Source of the DNA: Candidatus Methylomirabilia bacterium
GTDB taxonomy: Bacteria; Methylomirabilota; Methylomirabilia; Rokubacteriales; CSP1-6
Reading direction: 5' to 3'
Assembly (NCBI GenBank): GCA_041492755.1
Contig: JBGPXN010000113.1
Location: 1 to 13,932, forward strand
Length of the DNA stretch: 13,932 nucleotides
Below, in pieces: positions 7,869-13,932 of this stretch. The notes below the pieces were generated by a model. It was given only the letters and a program-made list of their open reading frames with translations. It was not told the DNA's origin and searched no databases. How positions within the stretch are numbered: the first letter of the stretch is position 1; each line of letters opens with the position of its first letter. A program made the position numbers and the translations under genes.

Positions 7869-9266
7869 ATGGGACAGACCAGCCCGGCCCAGATTTCCGC
7901 CGCCCGCAGCCTCGCGACGTTCGTCGTCGGCCTCTCACTGAAGAACGTGCCGGCGCCCGTCGTCACCACGGCCTCGAGGCTGGCCCTCGATACGATCGGC
8001 AACGCGCTCGCGGCCGTGCCCGAGGATTTCGGGGTCTCCGTGATCCGTGCCGCCAAGCGCCTCGGTGGCCACGCCGAGAGCACGCTGATCGGCGACGGCA
8101 CGAAAGTAGGCGCGGCCACCGCGGCGCTCGCCAACGGCACGCTGGCCCACGGGCTCGACTTCGACGACACGCGCGAGGACGCCATCGTCCACACCGGGTG
8201 CGTGGCCGTGACGACCGCGCTCGCCGTCGGGGAAGCGGTCGGCGCGTCGGGCGGCGCGGCGCTCGAGGCGCTCATCGCCGCCGTCGAGGTGATGTGTCGC
8301 GTGGGCCTCGCCATCCCCGGCCAGCTCCACGCGCGGCACTTCCATCCCACGGCGGTGACCGGGAGCTTCGCGGCGGCGGCGGCGGCCGGCAAGCTCTACG
8401 GGTTGACCGAGGACGAGCTCGTGCACGCGTTCGGCATCTGCGGCAGCCAGTCCGCGGGGATCATCGAGTACCTGACCGATGGCTCCTGGACCAAACGGCT
8501 GCATCCGGGCTGGAACGCGCACGCCGGCGTGACGGCGGCGTTGCTCGCGCAGAGCGGGTTCACCGGACCGGAGACGGTGCTGGAGGGAGCGCACGGGTTC
8601 TATCAGGCCTTCGCCGGCGGCCACGACGCCGCGCGGCTGGCCGCGCTCCTGGCCACGCTCGGACGGACGTGGGAGATCACGAACCTCACGTACAAGCCGT
8701 ACCCGTGCGGCTCCATTGCCCACCCGTACATGGATTGCGCAAGCCGCCTGCGCGCGCAGCATCGGCTCGATCCGGACACGATCGTCGCGGTGCGCTGCCG
8801 GACGGCCGAGGGACCGGTGCCGCGGCTGTGGGAACCGATCGCGGCAAAGTGGACGCCCCCGAACGGCTACGCCGCGAAGTTCAGCTTGCCGTACTTGCTG
8901 GCCGTGATGTTCGTCCGCGGCCGGGTGGGGCTGACGGATTTTCGCGACGAGGCGGTGCACGACGAGGCCGTGTTGCGCGTGGCCCGGCGCGTGACCTACG
9001 AGCTGGATCCGACGATCGACTACCCCCGCCACTTCATCGGCGACGTTCGCGTTCGACTCGCCAGCGGTGAGGAGCTGGTGGAGCACCAGGACCATCCGCA
9101 CGGCGGGCCCGACCACCCGATGTCGCTCGAGGACCTGGAAGGCAAGTTCCGCGGCAACGCGGGGCGGGTGCTCGACGGGGAGCGGGTCGAGCGGATCGTG
9201 CGCGCCGCCACCGATCTTGCCGGTCAGCCGCGGCTCACGAGCCTGGTGGCTGCGCTGTCGCCGTGA
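7869..9266 (+). CDS. MmgE/PrpD family protein
   Basis: ALANGTLAHGLDFDD, HFHPT, KRLHPG, KPYPCG, AKFSLPY, GGPDHPMS; 465 aa. Confidence 0.93.
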   Translation: MGQTSPAQISAARSLATFVVGLSLKNVPAPVVTTASRLALDTIGNALAAVPEDFGVSVIRAAKRLGGHAESTLIGDGTKVGAATAALANGTLAHGLDFDDTREDAIVHTGCVAVTTALAVGEAVGASGGAALEALIAAVEVMCRVGLAIPGQLHARHFHPTAVTGSFAAAAAAGKLYGLTEDELVHAFGICGSQSAGIIEYLTDGSWTKRLHPGWNAHAGVTAALLAQSGFTGPETVLEGAHGFYQAFAGGHDAARLAALLATLGRTWEITNLTYKPYPCGSIAHPYMDCASRLRAQHRLDPDTIVAVRCRTAEGPVPRLWEPIAAKWTPPNGYAAKFSLPYLLAVMFVRGRVGLTDFRDEAVHDEAVLRVARRVTYELDPTIDYPRHFIGDVRVRLASGEELVEHQDHPHGGPDHPMSLEDLEGKFRGNAGRVLDGERVERIVRAATDLAGQPRLTSLVAALSP

Positions 9267-9328
9267 GGACGAGGACCGTGGATTCGCCGTGCCCGTGACA
9301 GATGCCGGCTACGCTATCATCGGCCGGC

Positions 9329-10123
9329 ATGGATCCCATCCTGTCGCTGCGCGACGTGTCGCGGCAGTTCGTGACGCGCGGCCGGCTCGTCCCGGCGACG
9401 GCGGCTCTCAGTCTGGACGTCGAGGCCGGGGAGTTCCTCACCGTCGTCGGCCCGAGCGGATGCGGGAAGTCCACGCTGCTCAACCTCGTCTCCGGGCTGC
9501 TGGCGCCTTCCGGGGGCACGGTGCTGTACAAGGGGGCGCCGGTGCGCGGTGTGAACACCGAGATCGGCTACGTCACCCAGGCCGACAACCTGTACCCGTG
9601 GCGGACGCTGCGTGAGAACGTCGAATTTCCTCTGGAAGTGCGGGGCGTCGCGCGCGCCGAACGGCGCCAGCGCGCCGCGGCGTTCATCGAGCGGGTCGGC
9701 CTGGGCGGCTTCGAGGACCACTACCCGTACGAGCTGTCGGGCGGCATGCGCCAGCGCGCGAACATCATCCGCACGCTCGTCTACGATCCGGAAGTCATCC
9801 TCATGGACGAGCCGTTCGGTCCGCTCGACGCGCAGACGCGTCTGATCTTGCAGGACCAGCTCCTCGACCTCTGGGACGCGGCGCGCAAGACCATCATCTT
9901 CATCACCCACGACCTCGGCGAGGCGGTGGCGCTGGCCGATCGTGTCGTCGTGATGACGGCGCGGCCGGGCCGGGTCAAGCGCATCTGCCCCGTTCCGTTG
10001 AAGCGCCCGCGCGATCTGTTCCACCTGCACGACGACGAGCAGTTCCGGATCACCTACGACACGCTGTGGGACGACCTGGAGGCCGAGGTCAGGAAGGCGG
10101 CGGAGACGTGGCGGCGAAAGTGA
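9329..10123 (+). CDS. ABC transporter ATP-binding protein (NitT/TauT/SsuB type)
   Basis: Walker A GPSGCGKST, signature LSGGMRQR, Walker B ILMDEPFGPLD, ITHD. Start at ATG 9329 preferred; 9302 is possible. Confidence 0.95.
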   Translation: MDPILSLRDVSRQFVTRGRLVPATAALSLDVEAGEFLTVVGPSGCGKSTLLNLVSGLLAPSGGTVLYKGAPVRGVNTEIGYVTQADNLYPWRTLRENVEFPLEVRGVARAERRQRAAAFIERVGLGGFEDHYPYELSGGMRQRANIIRTLVYDPEVILMDEPFGPLDAQTRLILQDQLLDLWDAARKTIIFITHDLGEAVALADRVVVMTARPGRVKRICPVPLKRPRDLFHLHDDEQFRITYDTLWDDLEAEVRKAAETWRRK

Positions 10124-10929
10124 GCGTACCCGAGCTGACGCCGCGTCGCGAGTGGCCACGGCTGCTCGGCTGGCGCGTCGCGTTCGGCGTCGGGGTCCTG
10201 CTGCTGTGGGAGCTCGCCGCGGGCCGGTGGGTCGATCCGTTCTGGTTCTCGAGCCCGACCCGGATCATCGTGCACCTGGTGCAGTGGACGCGGGAGGGCA
10301 CGCTGTTCGGGCATCTGATAGTGACGCTGCGAGAGACCTTCTTCGGCTTCATCCTGGGCAGCGTGACCGGGATCCTGGTCGGCCTCGTGCTGTCGCGGCT
10401 GGAGTTCGTGGCCAAGGTGCTGGACCCGTTCATCGTGGCCGCCAACGGGATCCCGCGGGTGGCGCTGGCCCCGCTGTTCATCATCTGGTTCGGCATCGGC
10501 GAGCTGTCGAAGATCGTCCTGGCCAGCACGCTGACGTTCTTCATCACGTTCTACGCGACGTTCTCCGGGCTGCGGGCGGTGGAGCCGGCCTACCAGGAGA
10601 TCGCGCGGGTGATGGGGGCCAGCGAGCGCCAGATCTTCTTCAAGGTGAACCTGCCTGCCGCGTCACCGTGGATCGTCTCGGCGCTCAAGGTCGCGGTGCC
10701 GTTCTCGCTCATCGGCGCCATCATCGGCGAGTTCATGGCCGCTTCCCGCGGCCTGGGTTTCATCATCCAGCTCAACACCAACCAGTTCGACACGACCGGC
10801 GCGGTCAGCGGCATCCTGGTGCTCATGGTGTGCGTGATGCTGTTCAACGGCGTGCTGAATCGGCTGGAGCGTTACGTGCTTCGCTGGCGCCCGCGCGAGC
10901 GGGCGGGCGAGGCGCGCGAGTTCCAGTAA
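10120..10929 (+). CDS. ABC transporter permease (NitT/TauT/SsuC type)
   Basis: GTG 10120 overlaps the upstream TGA. Hydrophobic helices, PRVALAPLFIIWFGIG, EAA-like loop EIARVMGAS, GEFMAASRGLG. Confidence 0.95.
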   Translation: MSVPELTPRREWPRLLGWRVAFGVGVLLLWELAAGRWVDPFWFSSPTRIIVHLVQWTREGTLFGHLIVTLRETFFGFILGSVTGILVGLVLSRLEFVAKVLDPFIVAANGIPRVALAPLFIIWFGIGELSKIVLASTLTFFITFYATFSGLRAVEPAYQEIARVMGASERQIFFKVNLPAASPWIVSALKVAVPFSLIGAIIGEFMAASRGLGFIIQLNTNQFDTTGAVSGILVLMVCVMLFNGVLNRLERYVLRWRPRERAGEAREFQ

Positions 10930-10946
10930 GGACGGAGGCGGCGACG

Positions 10947-11927
10947 ATGACTCGGCGCGAGCGTGTGATGGCGGCGCTAGTCGGCAAGCCGGTGGACCGG
11001 GTGCCGGTGAGCCTCTGGCTGCACAACTTCGCCACCGAGAACTTCGCCGCCGACCTGGCGGCCGAGACGATCCGGTTGGCCCGCCGCTTCGACTGGGACT
11101 TTCTCAAGCCCCAGAGTCGCGCGCAGTGCTTCGCCGAGATGTGGGGCCTCACCTACACCCCATCGCTCGAGCGGGCGACGCCCTACCGGGTGACCCGCGC
11201 GCCCTTCTCCCACGCCGACGATCTGCGCGCGCTCGAGCCGGCCGATCCCACGACCGGCGCGCTCGCCGAGCAGCTGCGCGCGCTCCGGGCGATCCGCCTC
11301 GCGGTGGGCGATGACACCCCGATCATCTGGACGGTGTTCTCGCCGCTGATGGTGCTGCCGTTCCTGCTCGAAGGCGGCAAGATGCAGGCGGTGGATCTGA
11401 TGCGATCGGAGCCGGAGGCGGTCGAGCGCGCGCTCGCCGCGATGGCGGTGACGCTGGCCGAGTATGCACGCGCGGCGGTCGAGGCCGGTGCCGATGGCCT
11501 GTTCTACGCGACCAACATGGCGACGCGCGCGCTGTCGACGCCCCTCGAGTGCCGTCGATTCCAGCGCCCGTACGATCTCGACATCCTGGGGCAGGTGAGC
11601 GACGCGCCGCTCAACGTGCTCCACGTCTGCGGCGAGCACGTCCTCTTCGACGAGTTCGCCGACTACCCGTTCGCGGCGCTGAGCTGGGCGACGGTGGAGA
11701 GCAACCCCTCACTCTCGGAAGCGCACCGGCGCACCGGGCGAGCGGTCATCGGCGGTCTGCCCGCCAAGCCCGTCATTCGTGATCTGCCGCCGGCGGAGGT
11801 CGAGGCACGCGGGCGCCGGGCTATCGTGGAAATGGGCGGTCGCTTCCTGCTGCTCGGGCCCGACTGCTCGATCGATCCCGACACGCCGGACGCGGTCATC
11901 GACGGCGCCGGCGCCGCCGTCCGCTGA
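10947..11927 (+). CDS. Uroporphyrinogen decarboxylase/MtaA-like TIM-barrel family protein
   Basis: GGAGG RBS then ATG 10947: MTRRERVMAALVGKPVDRVPV..., TVFSP, AGADG, LHVCG, GPDCSI; 326 aa. The track ORF from 10152 is over-extended. Confidence 0.88.
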   Translation: MTRRERVMAALVGKPVDRVPVSLWLHNFATENFAADLAAETIRLARRFDWDFLKPQSRAQCFAEMWGLTYTPSLERATPYRVTRAPFSHADDLRALEPADPTTGALAEQLRALRAIRLAVGDDTPIIWTVFSPLMVLPFLLEGGKMQAVDLMRSEPEAVERALAAMAVTLAEYARAAVEAGADGLFYATNMATRALSTPLECRRFQRPYDLDILGQVSDAPLNVLHVCGEHVLFDEFADYPFAALSWATVESNPSLSEAHRRTGRAVIGGLPAKPVIRDLPPAEVEARGRRAIVEMGGRFLLLGPDCSIDPDTPDAVIDGAGAAVR

Positions 11928-11929
11928 CG

Positions 11930-11945
11930 CGCGGCGCGCGCCGCG
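11930..11945 (+). terminator. Possible GC hairpin after the UroD-like gene
   Basis: CGCGGC-GCGC-GCCGCG 2 nt after the stop, followed by only a weak U-tract (ACTTGCGTT). Confidence 0.25.
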
Positions 11946-11952
11946 ACTTGCG

Positions 11953-11991
11953 TTGCGGTCATATCGCCTGCGATATAGCCTCCCAAACATG
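11953..11991 (+). promoter_or_regulatory. Candidate promoter with palindromic operator and leaderless ATG
   Basis: TTGCGG (11953-11958), 17 bp spacer, TAGCCT (11976-11981). Inverted repeat ATATCGC-ct-GCGATAT (11961-11976). ATG at 11989. Confidence 0.55.
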
Positions 11992-12016
11992 AAGGGGCAA
12001 ACTTCCGGGGCCGACC

Positions 12017-12265
12017 GGCCACGAGATTCCGCTCGCCCAGCGCGCGCGCTACCAGTGGGACATCGCCAAGGCCGTGGACTGGAGCGTCCAGGCCGTCGAT
12101 CGCCTGTTCGAGGCCAGCGGCGGCGGCATCTACCTCGACAACCCGACCCAGCGAGCCTGACGGGACGTGCACGCGATCCGGGCCCACGCGGCGAACAACC
12201 CCGAGAAGGCGGCCGCGATCTTCGGCCGCTCTGGGTTCGGGCTCCCGCCGCTAGATCTGCGATTC
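12017..12265 (+). pseudogene. C-terminal remnant of an HsaA-like flavin-dependent monooxygenase (acyl-CoA dehydrogenase fold)
   Basis: GHEIPLAQRARYQWDIAKAVDWSVQAVDRLFEASGGGIYLDNPTQRA*RDVHAIRAHAANNPEKAAAIFGRSGFGLPPLDLRF. TGA 12158-12160 replaces the Trp of QRxWRD; no in-frame start. Confidence 0.85.
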
Positions 12266-12290
12266 TCGCTCTGTTTAGCAGGACATCGTC

Positions 12291-12494
12291 ATGAATGAAG
12301 CTCGCAAGAAGCCGAGTGAGTTTGTTAAATGGATGGGGCCTCTACTTGACTGCCTCAGGGCCCTGGGCGGCTCGGCAAAACCTCGTGAGGTCTCCGCTTG
12401 GATCGCCGAGTCTCAGAAGATTTCTGCGCAGAAGCGCGAAGAGACTTTGAAGTCGGGTGAGGAGCGTTTCCACAACCAAGTCGCGTGGGCACGG
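12291..12494 (+). pseudogene. Mrr restriction endonuclease N-terminal winged-helix domain, truncated
   Basis: EFVKWMGPLLDCLRALGGSAKPREV...LKSGEERFHNQVAWAR is characteristic of Mrr_N. Similarity stops abruptly after WAR and no nuclease domain follows. Codons are more AT-rich than the flanks. Confidence 0.82.
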
Positions 12495-12563
12495 CGCCAT
12501 TCTTCCCGCTGTGGGTGTCCGCCGCGGTCGAGGAGATGCTCTCCGCGCTCCATGAGCGGATCG

Positions 12564-12668
12564 AGAGGATTCGATACCAAGACCTCCCGCGATGATCACA
12601 GCCATGGCTGGATCGGCTCGTTCGACACCCTGATCGAGGTGCTCGCGGGCCAGCCGGGGAGAGTGTGA
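12564..12668 (+). pseudogene. C-terminal remnant of an SRPBCC/AHSA1-like protein
   Basis: RGFDTKTSRDDHSHGWIGSFDTLIEVLA* matches the HxxGW...FDxL terminal helix. It sits directly upstream of DUF899, where SRPBCC genes commonly lie. Confidence 0.6.
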
Positions 12669-12701
12669 CCGGGCGCGACGTGCCGGTCACAGGAGGGTGC
12701 C

Positions 12702-13457
12702 ATGCCAGACCACAAGATCGTGTCGCAAGACGAGTGGATCACCGCCCGCCGGGAGCACCTGGCGAAGGAGAAGGAGTTCACGCGACTCCGTGACCAGCTG
12801 AGCCGTGAGCGGCGTGAGCTCCCATGGGTGCGAGTCGACAAGACATACGTCTTCGACGGGCCCCGGGGCCCGGAGACGCTGGCGGATCTCTTCGACGGGC
12901 GGAGCCAGCTCATCGTCCAGCATTTCATGTTCGACCCGAGCTGGGACGAAGGATGCAAGAGCTGCTCGTTCTGGGTGGACAATTTCAATGACATCGTCGT
13001 GCACTTGAACCACCGGGACGTGACGATGGTGCTCGTGTCCAAGGCGCCGTTCGAAGTCCTCGAAAGCTACCGGAAACGCATGGGCTGGAGCATCAAGTGG
13101 GTCTCGTCGCTCAACACGGATTTCAACCGGGACTATCAGGTGTCCTTCACGGATGCCGAGCGGGAGCAGGGCCGCGCGTACTACAACTTCGCGGCGGGAA
13201 GCTTTCCCGCGCCCGAAGCGCCCGGCATCAGCGTGTTCTGCAAGGACGCGGAGGGGGCCGTTTTCCATACCTACTCATGCTATGCGCGCGGCCTCGACAT
13301 GCTGAATGGCGCCTACCATCTCCTCGACCTCGTCCCCAAGGGGCGCGACGAGGACGGCTTGCCCTCCAGCATGGCGTGGCTCCGCCATCACGACCGGTAC
13401 GAAGACCAGCCTGTCCGCATGCTCGGTGGCCTGCGACGGCCGCCTTCTCACGGATGA
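12702..13457 (+). CDS. DUF899 family (thioredoxin-like) protein
   Basis: AGGAGG RBS; EWITARREHLAKEKEFTR, LPWV, QHFMF, GCKSCS, HTYSCYARG, LDLVPKGRDE, WLRHHDRY. Confidence 0.93.
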   Translation: MPDHKIVSQDEWITARREHLAKEKEFTRLRDQLSRERRELPWVRVDKTYVFDGPRGPETLADLFDGRSQLIVQHFMFDPSWDEGCKSCSFWVDNFNDIVVHLNHRDVTMVLVSKAPFEVLESYRKRMGWSIKWVSSLNTDFNRDYQVSFTDAEREQGRAYYNFAAGSFPAPEAPGISVFCKDAEGAVFHTYSCYARGLDMLNGAYHLLDLVPKGRDEDGLPSSMAWLRHHDRYEDQPVRMLGGLRRPPSHG

Positions 13458-13548
13458 TGATGTCCCGGATGCGAATGCCGCGAGCATCAACCGGGGTTGG
13501 CGAGAGCACTACTGGAAGCCGTGGAGAGCCTACCTGAGACGTAATTGA
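13444..13548 (+). pseudogene. Second SRPBCC/AHSA1-like C-terminal remnant
   Basis: LLTDDDVPDANAASINRGWREHYWKPWRAYLRRN* shows the VPD...GW-x3-YW-x-P pattern. No plausible start outside DUF899. Confidence 0.65.
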
Positions 13549-13627
13549 CTCCGGGTTTATCGTGGAGGTCGCCAGGCGCAATGGTTCCCGTGCAGCACAC
13601 CGTTCACTTCGCACCAAGGAGGAGAAT

Positions 13628-13932
13628 ATGGGAGCGCGTGCCGAGCAGCTGGCCAAGAAGTTCGACGAGACGTGCCGCGAGATGAACTCAACCGTCGAGA
13701 AGCTGAGCGATGCCGACTGGAAGAAGACCACGTCGGGCGAGCAGTGGACGGTGGGGGTCGTGGCCCATCACGTGGCGGTGAGTCATGCGGGGATCGCGGG
13801 CCTCGTGGACGTGGTCGCCAAGGGCAAGCCCCTGCCGAACCTGACCATGGACATGATCCACGAGGGCAACGCCAAGCACGCCAAGGAGCACGCCAATACC
13901 ACCAAGGCGGAGACGCTCGCGCTCTTGAAGGA
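13628..13932 (+). CDS. DinB/maleylpyruvate isomerase N-terminal-like protein (runs off window end)
   Basis: AAGGAGG RBS then ATG 13628: MGARAEQLAKKFDETCREMNSTVEKLSDADWKKTTSGEQWTVGVVAHHVAVSH..., with the L-x3-DW...WTV-x4-HH pattern. Not in the ORF track. Confidence 0.8.
   Translation, partial: MGARAEQLAKKFDETCREMNSTVEKLSDADWKKTTSGEQWTVGVVAHHVAVSHAGIAGLVDVVAKGKPLPNLTMDMIHEGNAKHAKEHANTTKAETLALLK

Noticed and set aside
10152..10946. 591-aa permease-overlapping extension of the UroD-like gene
   Set aside because: Off-frame reading of the permease; there is a clear RBS and ATG at 10947.
12158..12160. TGA as recoded Trp or selenocysteine
   Set aside because: TGA is a normal stop in many genes here, TGG is used for Trp, and the fragment has no start.
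1..13932. CRISPR arrays, tRNA/rRNA, IS elements
   Set aside because: No regularly spaced repeats, cloverleaf/rRNA motifs or transposase sequences seen.

Overview
A very GC-rich bacterial window. The gene style and content suggest Candidatus Rokubacteria/Methylomirabilota, but this is only an impression. There are three intact metabolic blocks: (1) a minus-strand operon of a DadA-like FAD oxidoreductase, hydantoinase/oxoprolinase A and hydantoinase B (partial), linked by 4-nt start/stop overlaps; (2) a minus-strand MoaD/ThiS plus aldehyde:ferredoxin oxidoreductase pair; (3) a divergent plus-strand run of an MmgE/PrpD protein, an ABC ATPase and permease without a binding protein, and a UroD/MtaA-like protein. 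A DUF899 gene and a partial DinB-like gene end the window. The spacers between blocks are full of gene debris that the ORF track mostly misses: a caspase (C14) N-terminus; a DUF4258/MqsA-like toxin-antitoxin module with a clear promoter, a palindromic operator and a frameshifted toxin; an internally deleted amidohydrolase; an HsaA-like monooxygenase tail with a TGG>TGA stop; an Mrr N-terminal domain; and two SRPBCC tails. All family calls come from motif recognition by eye, with no database searches.
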